This document shows, piece after piece, positions 48,884-59,613 of a DNA stretch of 64,000 nt. Location of the stretch: NCBI GenBank assembly GCA_050949565.1, contig JBMNFY010000004.1:32001-96000 (forward strand). Reading direction: 5' to 3'. The stretch is from Kiritimatiellia bacterium (lineage in GTDB: Bacteria; Verrucomicrobiota; Kiritimatiellia; RFP12; UBA1067). The stretch's first letter is position 1. Each line of letters opens with the position of its first letter. Below the pieces are notes generated by a model. It did not search any database and was not told the origin of the DNA. It saw only the letters and a program-made list of their open reading frames with translations. Both the position numbers and the translations under genes were made by a program.

Positions 48884-48903
48884 GCTCGTTGAAAGTTAAT
48901 CAT

Positions 48904-50181
48904 TTAAGCAGGTAAGCCGCCGAAAAATCCGTCCTCGATCCAGATTGGTTTATAACCGCGGTCCAGCAGGAAGCGGAACGCGGTAGCGTAGCGCTCATAG
49001 ATGTCCGGGACGAAATTCTTGTAGAACGGCCACCAGTACTGCTCGTGTCCGGCGATGTTGACAAGATGGCTCTTGGCGGGGATCTCGATGCGTTTCAAGA
49101 TGTTGGGCACGATCTTGTCCACCGGCGTCCAATCACAGCCGCCGACAGAGGCACTGTAAAAGATGAGGCCGCTTTCAAAATGCATCCAGCCTTGGTAATC
49201 GTGCAGATATGCGAGAATCTCGTCCGGCAGATGGAAGTCGCAGATCTTCTTGTCTTTGGCGTCAGGCTTGCGCCCGCGCGTCGGCAGCATTTTGACGCCG
49301 CGGTCAGCCAGAACCTTATAGCAGTCCGGCGGCACATCGGCCCAGTGTATTTGCAAACCGGCGGTGTAGGCGCGGCCGGCGATCCTCTTCAGTTCACCGG
49401 CGACCAGATCGAAATCGGCGGCAAGCTGTTCAGGCGTGGCGTTCAGATACGGGATGTCAGGAAACTCATTCTCGGAGTGAAACGCGAGACGGAGCCAGTC
49501 TGCATTGTCCTCGAACTCGGACTTGTAGGTGTCGGGAAACATCGACAGACTGAAGTCGCGCTCGGGCGTGGTATTGAAGCAGTTGAGGTTGATCTTGACC
49601 CCGAAGTTCCGGTGCAGCTCGCGGAGCTTGGCAAGGTAGAAACAGTCGAACAGGCTTTTGTATTTGTTGCGGGCGATGTCCCTGAAGAAAAAGCTGTGGT
49701 CGTCGATATAGCAGCGGAATCGCGGAAATGAGTTTTGAGCCCAGACCGGGCGGGTACGTATTTCTCGGCGTACACCGTTGATGGTCGCACGGCACCGGAT
49801 CTCGGTGACGCGGTCACGCAATAGAGCGACGCCCTGAAACGTATTGTTGCCTTGCCGCACCTGAATCTTTCTGCCGTCGGCAGTGAACAGTTTGAGTTTC
49901 GCGGAATCGGGCGCGACGCCGGAGACTTTAACCTTCAGCATGTGTCCGCCGCCGGTGTTGTTCGGCACGGTTCCGAGTACCGGGAAGCCGCTTTGCTCGT
50001 GGATGATGCCGCCGTCAAAGGGCTCTATGAAGCGGAAGTCCTCCGAAGCTCCCAGCACCCCTGCTTCCGCGCATGCGGGGGCATTTGTGCGCGACGAGCA
50101 GCATCCGCCTGCGAACGCCCCAACCGCCAAACCGCAACACGCCGTTTCAAGAAACTCTCTTCTGGATGTTTTCCGTTTCAT
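48904..50181 (-). CDS. Tat-exported protein with a polysaccharide-deacetylase-like barrel
   Basis: Start reassigned to MKRKTSRREFL; YIDD, LAFH and GHEQY motifs. Confidence 0.65.
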   Translation of the reverse strand: MKRKTSRREFLETACCGLAVGAFAGGCCSSRTNAPACAEAGVLGASEDFRFIEPFDGGIIHEQSGFPVLGTVPNNTGGGHMLKVKVSGVAPDSAKLKLFTADGRKIQVRQGNNTFQGVALLRDRVTEIRCRATINGVRREIRTRPVWAQNSFPRFRCYIDDHSFFFRDIARNKYKSLFDCFYLAKLRELHRNFGVKINLNCFNTTPERDFSLSMFPDTYKSEFEDNADWLRLAFHSENEFPDIPYLNATPEQLAADFDLVAGELKRIAGRAYTAGLQIHWADVPPDCYKVLADRGVKMLPTRGRKPDAKDKKICDFHLPDEILAYLHDYQGWMHFESGLIFYSASVGGCDWTPVDKIVPNILKRIEIPAKSHLVNIAGHEQYWWPFYKNFVPDIYERYATAFRFLLDRGYKPIWIEDGFFGGLPA

Positions 50182-50236
50182 GGTTGTCTCCCTTTTCGTT
50201 CCGCCAGTATAGCAGTTTTGAAAAAGTGTAGTTGAA

Positions 50237-50445
50237 TTATTGCGACCACCCAGTGGTCGCAATGATGAGTGTAAAAACGGGCGGGAGGATGGGCACCGGG
50301 CGCGCACAGGGCATGCAATGAGGGGTGCGCGCGGGAAGACAGCCCAGGAAAACGCCCGAAATGCTGTGAATGGTCACGGGCGGGGCGGGGCTACGTGGTT
50401 CAAGGTTTTAACCTCACCTTTGTGACCACTGGGTGGTCACAAAAA
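50237..50445. repeat. Second, inverted copy of the about 205-bp palindrome-ended element
   Basis: Reverse complement aligns along the whole of 22843-23046. Confidence 0.88.
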
Positions 50446-50544
50446 GTGGCTCGCAATGACGGGCGTAAAAATGGCGGCGTGAGCATCGTAAAAAATCTCT
50501 GCGTCTCCGCGTCTCTGCGTTAAATAAAACGATTTGTGGCCGGT

Positions 50545-52860
50545 TTAGTAGTGGACTTTAGTGGATTCGCCGGGTTTTACGGTTATGTTTTTGGCCTTGC
50601 CTTTGTAGGACAGGCGGAGCTTTCCGGTGGCGTTGGGGCCTGCGAAAATGTGGGCTTCCGTCAGTGCGCCATTGTTCCAAGCTGCGTTGACGGTGTAATC
50701 GCCGCGTGCGCGCAATCCGGCGAAACTTCCCTGCGGCCAGTTTTTGGGCAGCGCCGGTAGCAACGTGATCTGATCGCCGTGGCTGTGCAGGAGCATTTCG
50801 GCAATGGCGGCGGTAGCGCCGAAATTACCGTCGATCTGGAAAGGCGGATGATTGTCCCAGAGGTTCGGCAGTGTGGACCGCGCCAGTATCGCATGCAGGT
50901 TGTCGTAGGCTTGCGCGCTGTCGGAGAGACGCGCGAAGATGCCGATCGTCCACGCCCTGCTCCAGCCGGTGTGCGCGCCGCCATGCTTCAAACGGAATTC
51001 CAGCGTGCGGCGTACCGCATCACGCATGGCCGGATCATTGTCGAGATCGATCTGGTTGCCGGGATAAGCTCCCAGTACGTGCGAGATATGCCTGTGTCCG
51101 GGTTCAGCCTCCGCAAAGGGCCGTCTCCACTCCATCAGCCGTCCGTCCTCCCCGACTCGCGGCTTGTAGACCTTGGGCAACGCAGCTTTGATCTTTTTGA
51201 CCAAAGGCTCGTCTGTGCGGCCAAGGACATCTGCCGCCTCCAGATAATCGTGGAAGACCTGCAGAACCATGAATTGGTCGAAAGTGTTGCCGGACGATAG
51301 CGCGGCATTGGCTGTGGTGCCGTCGCCCTTGACATAGCGGAATGAGTTCTCGGGCGAACTCGACGGTCGCGCCATCAGTTGGCCGGTGGCGGGATCGGCG
51401 ATCAGCCACGAATCGACGAATGCCGTGGATTCAGTCAGGATGTCCCAGTTGTCTGCGAGAATGCGCTTGTCGCGGTTAAATCGGTAGTGATCGAGGATGT
51501 GCATGACCATCCACTGCCCGCCGAAGAAAGAACCGCCCCAAAAAACGCGCGATGACATGATCTTGGCATTGGCCCAGATGTCGGTGGCGTGTCCCATGCA
51601 CCAGCCCGCCATACCCAGGCGCCGCGCCATCTCGCGTCCGGTCGGCAGGCAATACCGGATGAAGTCCAGCAAAGGCTGGTGCATCTCCGGCAGGTTGGTG
51701 GTTTCGGCAGGCCAGTAGTTCATTTGCAGGTTGATGTTCAAATGAAAGTCCGAACCCCAAGGCGCCTGGGGGTGGGGGTTCCAAACGCCTTGCAGGTTGG
51801 CGGGAAATGCGCCGGGGCGGGAGGAGGCGATCAGCAGGTAACGACCGAATTGGAAATACGTTTCAATCAGGTCCGGATCATCATGATTGCCCGCTTTGAT
51901 ATGGTCTAAGCGGGCTTTGGTCGGCAATGCCAGAATGTCTTCCGCTGTTTTGCCGATATCCAGACTGACCCTGCCGAAGTATTTGCTGTGCTCTTCTATG
52001 GCCCGCTGCTGCAATGCGTCGCCCGAGAGGCCGCTCAATTTGTCGAGAGTTTGCTTTGCTTTGTTTTGCCAGCCGTCAGGGAGCTTCGCGCCGGCATGAC
52101 GCCGGTCCAAGTCAGTGGCGATAGCGACCAGAACAGTGATCTGGCCGGGCTCCGAAATTTCCAGATGTTGCTTGTCGGCACGGACTTTTGCGGCAGGCAG
52201 TGCCCGGATGTGTCCGACGTAGCGGGTAGCGTCCGTGCCGGTCGCGGCGCCCCGCTTGATGATCTCATTGTTCTCGACCGATCCCCCGTCGACGCTCAAG
52301 CGGATTTTAGTCTGCTGATCCGCCGCAATCGTTATGGCGATCACGTCTTCTTGGCCGCAGGCAAAAACACGTTGGGTTATTGACGAACCGTTTTCAAGGG
52401 TGTAGATGTTGTTCGCGATGCCGGTCTTCAGGTCAAGTTCCCGGTAGCACTTGCTGAGGGGCGATGGAGTGACATACTCGATCTCCAGCCAACCGAAGGG
52501 CTGATAGCTGTCGGGGTTGATGCCTCCTTCCTGCAAGCTTTTCTCGAAAAAACGGTCCGCCCCGGCATAATCGCCAGCGGTTTCAAGTTCGCGCACGGTC
52601 TCCAAATGCTTGAAGCTGTCGGCAGGCATGACTTTGGCGGGGCCGCGGTGCCAGATGGTCTCCTCGTTGAGCAGGATTTTTTCTTTCGGAAAATTGCCGA
52701 ACGGCATAGCGCCGAGCCGCCCGTTGCCGACTGGATAAGCGACATCCCATTTGTCGCCCGCTCCCGCGTTATCCCAGATAATCAGGTTATTGCTGTCCGC
52801 GATGACGGATAAAGCGGACAGACACAGGCATAGGCCAATCAGGTGTGTTCTTGTTCTCAT
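50545..52860 (-). CDS. GH95 alpha-L-fucosidase family protein
   Basis: [61 protein letters not shown]. Confidence 0.93.
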   Translation of the reverse strand: MRTRTHLIGLCLCLSALSVIADSNNLIIWDNAGAGDKWDVAYPVGNGRLGAMPFGNFPKEKILLNEETIWHRGPAKVMPADSFKHLETVRELETAGDYAGADRFFEKSLQEGGINPDSYQPFGWLEIEYVTPSPLSKCYRELDLKTGIANNIYTLENGSSITQRVFACGQEDVIAITIAADQQTKIRLSVDGGSVENNEIIKRGAATGTDATRYVGHIRALPAAKVRADKQHLEISEPGQITVLVAIATDLDRRHAGAKLPDGWQNKAKQTLDKLSGLSGDALQQRAIEEHSKYFGRVSLDIGKTAEDILALPTKARLDHIKAGNHDDPDLIETYFQFGRYLLIASSRPGAFPANLQGVWNPHPQAPWGSDFHLNINLQMNYWPAETTNLPEMHQPLLDFIRYCLPTGREMARRLGMAGWCMGHATDIWANAKIMSSRVFWGGSFFGGQWMVMHILDHYRFNRDKRILADNWDILTESTAFVDSWLIADPATGQLMARPSSSPENSFRYVKGDGTTANAALSSGNTFDQFMVLQVFHDYLEAADVLGRTDEPLVKKIKAALPKVYKPRVGEDGRLMEWRRPFAEAEPGHRHISHVLGAYPGNQIDLDNDPAMRDAVRRTLEFRLKHGGAHTGWSRAWTIGIFARLSDSAQAYDNLHAILARSTLPNLWDNHPPFQIDGNFGATAAIAEMLLHSHGDQITLLPALPKNWPQGSFAGLRARGDYTVNAAWNNGALTEAHIFAGPNATGKLRLSYKGKAKNITVKPGESTKVHY

Positions 52861-52989
52861 GGTTTTTTCTCGCTGTTTTTCAATGATGAGGCTCTTGATG
52901 ACTGATTTGTCCATAATATCCATCAGCACACTGAAAGATAATTAGCCAATAAATGTCAACATGGTATCAGAAGAGGAGCATGCCTTCAA

Positions 52990-53737
52990 GGTAATCGGTT
53001 GACATAAGGGTAATCGGTTAGTGACAGGGAGGGTGCTCGGTTTTTTTCACACGAAGGCACAAAGGACACGAAGGTTTTTTGGGAGGCAGGGCTCGGGTTT
53101 ATTTAACCACGGAATACTGAACATACGGAAAGGCACAGCTCTGCTGTTTCACGCGAAGGCACGAAGATTAGAGGGCGAGTGTCCCCACGAGCCGCCTTCC
53201 GCTGCGCGGAAGGATGGGAGGGACGAGCGTCGCTCGTCCGCGGGCAAGCAGACGCTTGTCCGGTACTTAGCAAGCCTGACAACTGGACTTGCGGTGACAA
53301 GCGGTATTCCGCACGACGCCGCTTTTTGAGCATGAGTACGGCGGCAGGGCTGTGCGCAAAAGCGGTGCCGCGACCCGCGCACAGCGCGGCTCTTGTCACC
53401 GCACTCCAGATTTGGACGACAAAGGGACAGGTATTTAGACCATGGAAAGTTGAGCGTTGGGCGTTGGGGTAATCGGTTAGTGACAGGGGGCACGCGAGTT
53501 TAGTGCGTGTTTTGTGCGTATGCAACTGGAGGCGGGCGTCCCCGCCCGCTCTGTGAAAGGTCGATCGAGATTCCGATGCGCGGTTTGGTTTCCAATGGAA
53601 GTGGGCGCATCAATCTTTTGCAAGACACGTTGTTGCGGGCGAGGACGCCCGGCTCCAGTTCTCTGCTCTCCTTTTCACCAGAAACGCATAATCTTCGCAC
53701 TCCCTGTCGCTAACCGATTACCCGATTACCCGATTAC
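52990..53737. repeat. About 750-bp mosaic of at least seven repeat families in a divergent intergenic region
   Basis: GTAATCGG octamers, CACGAAG nonamers, CACGGA run, GAGGGCGAG REP, GGGAGGGACGAG REP, TGGA..TCCA doublet (53283-53409), composite element (53467-53722). Confidence 0.88.
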
Positions 53738-53829
53738 GCTTTTATGTTAGACGAACTGTCGCAACGTAGTGTAAGCTTCCGGTCGCTGTAGTGGATCGTT
53801 TGCGTTGGATCGTTTGCTGAGGTGATGCT

Positions 53830-56800
53830 ATGCGAGTGAATCAGGGAAGGTTGTGGTTGGTGGGCTGCCTGCTGGCGTTGAATGCGGTGGGACAACTTGG
53901 GACGGAGCTGATCCCGAATAACGAACTGGCGCGTCTCGACGCCAATGGCTGGCCGGAAGGGTGGCCGGCGGGCAGGCGCGCGCGGATTGAGCAGGATGAG
54001 GCCGGACGCCGTCTGGTCTGCTCTGGCGCGGGTGCCGGCGTCAATTTTCGCATTCCGCTAAAGCCGGAGTACGGACGTCTCCGGCTCGCGATGGAGATGA
54101 AGGTCACAGATGTCGCGTTGGGCAAGGAGAGTTGGGAGACCGGCCGTCTCACGATGTCGTTTCACGACGCCCAAGGGAAGCGCATTGCTCCGTGGCCGAA
54201 TGTTTTCGGTATGATTGGCACCACCGACTGGACCGTGTGTGAGCGCGTTTACCCGATTCCGGAAGGTGCCGTCACGCTTGCGTTGTCGCCCTGCAATCTC
54301 GGGAAGTCGGGAACCGTTGAGTTCCGCGGGCTGTCATTGACTGTCTGCCGCTTGCGCGCGATGGTCAAGGCGGATGCGCCGCTGCCACCGGGTGCCGACG
54401 CGGAACCCGAATCGATCGCGGATGCCTGGCGGCAAACCACCGCAACGCGCGAACGTGTCTGTCTCAACGGCCTGTGGCGCTTCCGGCCTGTGCTGCCCGA
54501 CGAAACAACCACGACCGTGCCGGCGGCAGGCGATTGCTGGGGATGGTTCAAGGTGCCGGGCATGTGGCCGCACGGCGAATGGAGGCCTGAGAGCGGTGTG
54601 CAGCAAGTGTGGATTGCCCCTTGGTTGGAAGATCGTGTGCGTATCCGTGATGTGGATCAGGCGTGGTACAAGCGGCGCTTCACAGTGCCGGACGCTTGGG
54701 CGGGTCGTCGCTTGGAACTCTCGTTCACGATGCTGCAGACGCATGCGCGGGTGTTCGTGGACGGTCGGCCGTGCGGCGAGTTGTGGTACCCCGGCGGTGA
54801 GGTGGACCTGACCGGGCATCTCGTGCCCGGCCGCGAGCAGGAGTTGGCGCTGCTGGTCACGGCGCGTCCGTTGACCGCCGAGCGAAATGCCTTTATGGCC
54901 CCCGACCGGATCGTAACGGAGAAGGCGGGCGTCAATCACAAAGGAATCACGGGCGATCTCTTTCTCACCGCCATGCCGGCCGCAGCGCGCCTTGAAGATG
55001 TGCATGTCATCACCTCGGTGCGTGAGCGGCGTGTGACCTTCGCGACGGAAACCGCCGGTCTGGACGCAGGACCGTGGCGGCTGCGAGCCGAGGTCAGCGA
55101 GCGCGGCGGCGCGGCGGTCGTGCAGCGTTTTGAGTCAGACGCACTCGCGCCCGACGCAGCCGGCGTGCTGCGTTTCAGCGCGGCGTGGCCCGACGCCAAA
55201 CTCTGGGACACTGACACGCCGCAGCACCGCTACACGGCGACGCTTTCCCTGTTGGACAAGGCCGGTGCGGTGGTGGATGTCCTGACACCAGCGCATTTCG
55301 GTTTCCGCGAGATCCGCATTGAGGGCCGTGACTTCTTGCTCAATGGCACGCCGATCCATCTGCGCGCGCTGCACAACACAACCTCCGTCAGTGCGGCCGA
55401 CAAAGCCAGCCATTCGGCGGCAATCGAGATGTGCCGCCGAATGTTCGAATACGGCTTCAACGCCATTATCGCCGGCAATTACGATTTTATGCCCGGTTCG
55501 GTTAGCTATCTGGACGGCCTGCTCGATGCGTGCGACGAGACCGGCATGCTGCTGGCCTTCACGTTACCGCACCTCAAAGATTTCGGTTACCGGCTGGACA
55601 AGCCCGAGACGGCCGAGCGTTACCGTGCACAGACCGCTTGGCTGATCCGGCGCGCGCGCAACCATCCGTCGGTCATCTTCTACGCGATGAATCACAACTG
55701 CACCGGCTATTACGGTGACCAGAACCCGCAGAAGATCGATGGGGTCTACGAGATTCCGGAAGATGAGACGTCCAAAAGCGTTTGGTGGGCGCGCAACCGT
55801 AGGCAGGCGCGCATCACCGATGCCATCGCCAAATCGTTGGATGCCACGCGTCCGGTTTACCACCACCAATCCGGCAACCTCGGCGACATGCACACTGTGA
55901 ACTGTTATCTGAATTGGGCGCCGGTACAGGAACGCAGTGACTGGACCGAGCATTGGTCCGCGCATGGGGTCAAGCCGCTCTTTTTCGTGGAGTGGGGGCT
56001 GCCGCATATTTCGAGTTGGTCGAGTTATCGCGGGCCGCAATTCATCTGGCGCTGCGAAGCTTTTCAGAGTCTGTGGGCCGCTGAGTTCGCGGCGCAATTT
56101 TGGGGGGACGATGCCTATCTCGATAACGATGCAGCGGTCCACGCGTTGGATCACGAAGAACGACTGTGGGCCACGGGTAAGCCGTTCCGCTGGAGTACCC
56201 TCAATCAGCCGCTGCGATCACTTCCGCAGAATTACCACGCCGTACAGACGCTGTTCGCCAATGACAACTGGCGCAGCCACCGTGTCCGGGGCGTGTCAGC
56301 CATGTTGCCGTGGGACCAGGGCACTTTTTGGCGGCGCATCGCACCGACTGCCGAGGTCGCGACCGAGACGCCGCTCAAAGGGCTCAAGTGCCCCGGCATC
56401 GTGCCGGACCGCATTCAGCCCGGCTCGCAATATATTCAGGATCTCGGGCCGCGTGACGCCTTTTTGCCAAGCGAAGTGGGGGTGGCCTTTTTGCGCTGGA
56501 ACCAGCCGGATTGCGCATTTATCGCGGGGCCGGAAGAGGACCTGACCGCCAAAAACCATCTCTTCACGCCGGGCGCGAAGGTGCGTAAAAGCTTGGTGAT
56601 GCTCAACGACCGCCGCCGCGAGCAGAACGTGGCTTGGACTTGGCGGCTCTGGCGCAAGGGCGAGAATCTGATGGAGCGGCAGGGAGATGCGCGGGTCGCC
56701 GTCGGGGGGCAAGCCGTTATTCCGGTGACGTTTGATTTCCCGAAACGTATCCGGGACGGCGAGCGTCTGCGACTGACCGCGATCTTCGAGTTCGCGGACG

Positions 56801-58179
56801 GCATGACGCAGGTCGATGAAATCGCGTTGCATGCCGTGGCACCGACACAGCCGCCGCGCCTGACCGCGCCGGTTCACCTGATGGACCCGCACGGTCTGAC
56901 GGCGCGCCTCTTTGATCGGCTGGGCGTACGCTACGTGTCGTTCGACGGCACGCACGCGCCTGCGACCAACGCGCTGGTCGTGATTGGACGCGAAGCGCTG
57001 GACGGCTCGGCTGTACCTTGGATGACGCGCCTGGGCGAGGGTTTGCGGGTACTGGTCTTTGAACAGCGCGCAGAGACGTTGGAGCGCGGACTCGGTTTCC
57101 GCATTACCGAACGCGGTGCGCGCTGTCTCTTCCCGCGTGCCGAACATCCCGTGACGCGCGGACTGGACGAGGCCGCATTCCGCGACTGGACCGGCTCCGG
57201 CACGCTGGTGACGCCGTACCTGACCGGATTGCCCACCGCGGAGACGCATGATCCGCACGGTACGTGGTGCGGGTTCACCAACACGCGAGTCTGGCGCTGC
57301 GGCAACCGCGGCACGGTGGCGTCAGTACTGATTGAAAAACCGGCGCGCGGCGATTGGCGTGCGTTGTTGGACGGTGAGTTCGATCTGCAATACGCGGCAC
57401 TGCTGGAGCATGTGCAGGGACGCGGCCGCGCGATCTTCTGTCAGTTGGATGTGACCGGGCGGACCGAGAACGATCCGGTGGCGGATCGGCTGGTTGTCAA
57501 TCTGCTGGAGTATCTGGACCGCGCACAGACGACGGCTTGCCGCGAGACGGCTGTACTGGGTGCCGAGGCCGAGCGGCTCGCGCAGCAGCTCGGCGTGGTC
57601 CGGGGTAGGGCGGCCGGCGCGGGACGACGCCTGCTCGTGGTCAGCCCCGGCGCATCCGCGCCACCGCCGAATCTTTTCAAGGCGGTTGAAGGCGGACTGA
57701 ACGTTGTGTGCCTAGGGCTGGCGGGCGATGAACTGAAGGCGTGGTGTCCGATGCCGGTGACGACGGTGCTGACGAACGCCACGTTTACGCGGATTGAACA
57801 GCGGCCGCCCGAGTTGGACGGACTCTGCAACGCCGACTGGGCGTGGCATGGGCGTATCACGTTCGATGCGCTGGTGGTACCGGAGAGCGAGAAAGACACG
57901 TCGAGCCGCGCGTTGCGTGTGATCCGGCACGGCAAGGGGCGCGTGGTGCTCTGGCAGGTGCCGCCGTGGTTGATTGACGAGCAGACCAAGCCGTATCTGC
58001 GCACCAGTAAACGACGTGCGAACGCCATGGCCGCGCGGCTGTTGGCGAATCTGGGCGCCGCGCTGGACGCGCCGCTCGCGGAACGCTTCGCAAAAGTCGA
58101 GGAGCAGGAGTGGCTGAAGAGCTACTACCTCGACACGCCCGAAGCCGGTGACGATCCGTATCGCTATTATCGCTGGTGA
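53830..58179 (+). CDS. Large exported GH2-like glycoside hydrolase with an N-terminal CBM-like domain
   Basis: Signal peptide; LNGLWRF, WYKRRFTVP, KLWDTDTP, FGFREIRIEGRDFLLNG, RNHPSVIFY; ends DDPYRYYRW. Confidence 0.85.
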   Translation: MRVNQGRLWLVGCLLALNAVGQLGTELIPNNELARLDANGWPEGWPAGRRARIEQDEAGRRLVCSGAGAGVNFRIPLKPEYGRLRLAMEMKVTDVALGKESWETGRLTMSFHDAQGKRIAPWPNVFGMIGTTDWTVCERVYPIPEGAVTLALSPCNLGKSGTVEFRGLSLTVCRLRAMVKADAPLPPGADAEPESIADAWRQTTATRERVCLNGLWRFRPVLPDETTTTVPAAGDCWGWFKVPGMWPHGEWRPESGVQQVWIAPWLEDRVRIRDVDQAWYKRRFTVPDAWAGRRLELSFTMLQTHARVFVDGRPCGELWYPGGEVDLTGHLVPGREQELALLVTARPLTAERNAFMAPDRIVTEKAGVNHKGITGDLFLTAMPAAARLEDVHVITSVRERRVTFATETAGLDAGPWRLRAEVSERGGAAVVQRFESDALAPDAAGVLRFSAAWPDAKLWDTDTPQHRYTATLSLLDKAGAVVDVLTPAHFGFREIRIEGRDFLLNGTPIHLRALHNTTSVSAADKASHSAAIEMCRRMFEYGFNAIIAGNYDFMPGSVSYLDGLLDACDETGMLLAFTLPHLKDFGYRLDKPETAERYRAQTAWLIRRARNHPSVIFYAMNHNCTGYYGDQNPQKIDGVYEIPEDETSKSVWWARNRRQARITDAIAKSLDATRPVYHHQSGNLGDMHTVNCYLNWAPVQERSDWTEHWSAHGVKPLFFVEWGLPHISSWSSYRGPQFIWRCEAFQSLWAAEFAAQFWGDDAYLDNDAAVHALDHEERLWATGKPFRWSTLNQPLRSLPQNYHAVQTLFANDNWRSHRVRGVSAMLPWDQGTFWRRIAPTAEVATETPLKGLKCPGIVPDRIQPGSQYIQDLGPRDAFLPSEVGVAFLRWNQPDCAFIAGPEEDLTAKNHLFTPGAKVRKSLVMLNDRRREQNVAWTWRLWRKGENLMERQGDARVAVGGQAVIPVTFDFPKRIRDGERLRLTAIFEFADGMTQVDEIALHAVAPTQPPRLTAPVHLMDPHGLTARLFDRLGVRYVSFDGTHAPATNALVVIGREALDGSAVPWMTRLGEGLRVLVFEQRAETLERGLGFRITERGARCLFPRAEHPVTRGLDEAAFRDWTGSGTLVTPYLTGLPTAETHDPHGTWCGFTNTRVWRCGNRGTVASVLIEKPARGDWRALLDGEFDLQYAALLEHVQGRGRAIFCQLDVTGRTENDPVADRLVVNLLEYLDRAQTTACRETAVLGAEAERLAQQLGVVRGRAAGAGRRLLVVSPGASAPPPNLFKAVEGGLNVVCLGLAGDELKAWCPMPVTTVLTNATFTRIEQRPPELDGLCNADWAWHGRITFDALVVPESEKDTSSRALRVIRHGKGRVVLWQVPPWLIDEQTKPYLRTSKRRANAMAARLLANLGAALDAPLAERFAKVEEQEWLKSYYLDTPEAGDDPYRYYRW

Positions 58180-58246
58180 AACGACTAGGCATCCGTGTCC
58201 ATTTTCGTTATAGTTCAACCGAAAACAGTGCCCTAGAAAAGGAGCC

Positions 58247-59467
58247 GTGGTTGTGAAAAACATTCATGTTCAGGCGCAGAAAGACCATATCACCTCGCTA
58301 TGTACGGCCTCTCCGATTCAGGCGTTGGCCGAGCTTATCTGGAATGCGCTCGATGCCGACGCCTTTGATGTGAAGGTGGACGTCATCCAAAACGCGCTGG
58401 GTGGCATTGATGCGATTCGGGTGGCGGACGATGGCCAGGGCATCAACGCGCTGGAGGCGGATCAGCATTTCGGTAATCTCGGCGGTTCGTGGAAGCGCGA
58501 TGTGAACCGGACGCCGCTTTCGGGACGCGTGCTGCACGGCAACAAGGGCAGGGGGCGTTTCAAGGCGTTCGCACTCGGCAACCGGGTCGAGTGGCGGACC
58601 ACGCTGGAGGTTGACGGCGGTCTGCGCTCGTTCGTGCTGGCGGGCTCGGCTCATGATCCCAGTCTGTTCACGCTGACCGCAGCGGCAGCGCCTGGGCCGG
58701 CCACAGGCACAGAGGTGATGATCACGGACATCCGGCAGGACAAGGGTTCGCTGCTCGACACCGTCTGGGTGGTGCAGCAACTCGCCTCGCATTTCGCACT
58801 CTACCTTAAGGCTTATCCCAACGTGCGCATCTACTTTCAGGGATTGCTGGTCAGTCCTGTGATCGTGCAGCAAGCCAGCCGCCTTTACCATCTGAAATCC
58901 TCAGAGGGCGCCAAGGCCGACCTTCAAATCATTGAGTGGAAGACCAAGCAGGGACGCGGTAAAGTGGTCTTCTGCGACAGCGACGGCTTTGCGCTTCACG
59001 AAACCGACGCGGCGGTGCGTCCGGGCGGTGGCTTCAACTTCACCGCCTATCTGATAAGCCCACGGTTCGCCGCCTTGCACAACGAGAATCTGCTGGTGCT
59101 GGACGAGATGCATCCGGAGACCGTGGCGTTTCTGGACGCCGCGCGCGATATCCTGCGCCGCCATTTCCGCGAGCGGCGCGAGGAGTTGACCTCCGAACTT
59201 GTGCAGCAGTGGCACGACGATGGTGTCTATCCGTATGACGGTGAACCGGCCGATAAGGCCGACCGCGCTGCACGCAAGCGCTTTGACGGTTGCGCCCTTG
59301 CGATCCGCGCCTACTCCGACAACTTCGACACCATGACGGTCGTGGAAAAGAAACTACTCTTCCGCCTGCTGCGCGAGACGCTGGAGGCCAATCCCGATGG
59401 GACGACGCTGATCGCCGACCTGCTGGGGGTGCCGCCCAAGCGTCGGCGCGAGCTGCAGAAGCTGTAG
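58247..59467 (+). CDS. GHKL (MORC/MutL-like, HATPase_c_3) ATP-binding protein, possibly C-terminally truncated
   Basis: ELIWNALDA, DDGQGI, GNKGRGRF, GTEV motifs. Confidence 0.8.
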   Translation: MVVKNIHVQAQKDHITSLCTASPIQALAELIWNALDADAFDVKVDVIQNALGGIDAIRVADDGQGINALEADQHFGNLGGSWKRDVNRTPLSGRVLHGNKGRGRFKAFALGNRVEWRTTLEVDGGLRSFVLAGSAHDPSLFTLTAAAAPGPATGTEVMITDIRQDKGSLLDTVWVVQQLASHFALYLKAYPNVRIYFQGLLVSPVIVQQASRLYHLKSSEGAKADLQIIEWKTKQGRGKVVFCDSDGFALHETDAAVRPGGGFNFTAYLISPRFAALHNENLLVLDEMHPETVAFLDAARDILRRHFRERREELTSELVQQWHDDGVYPYDGEPADKADRAARKRFDGCALAIRAYSDNFDTMTVVEKKLLFRLLRETLEANPDGTTLIADLLGVPPKRRRELQKL

Positions 59468-59478
59468 TCATCGAAAAC

Positions 59479-59555
59479 TGGTGGGCGGCGAGGGACTCGA
59501 ACCCCCGACATTCTGGGTGTAAACCAGACTCTCTAACCAACTGAGATAGCCGCCC
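59479..59555 (-). tRNA. tRNA-Val(TAC)
   Basis: 77-nt cloverleaf GGGCGGC..TCTGG-TTTACAC-CCAGA..TTCGAGT..GCCGCCCACCA. Confidence 0.97.
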
Positions 59556-59613
59556 GGAAAGGACGCCTATTATGCCGGTTAAGTTGCGGTATATGCAAGC
59601 GTAGAATTGAAAA

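Noticed and set aside
50182-50307. N-terminal extensions of ORFs 48904-50307, 61513-62580, 42196-45678 and 16485-17288 through repeats
   Set aside because: Each has a better downstream ATG with normal signal or family start, unlike gspK where no alternative exists after the repeat
53021-53750. Small ORFs in the repeat mosaic
   Set aside because: Translations are recognisably repeat-derived in several frames, with no RBS or family signal
59479-59555. Integrated prophage or island at tRNA-Val or tRNA-Tyr
   Set aside because: No integrase and no duplicated tRNA 3' end found in the window
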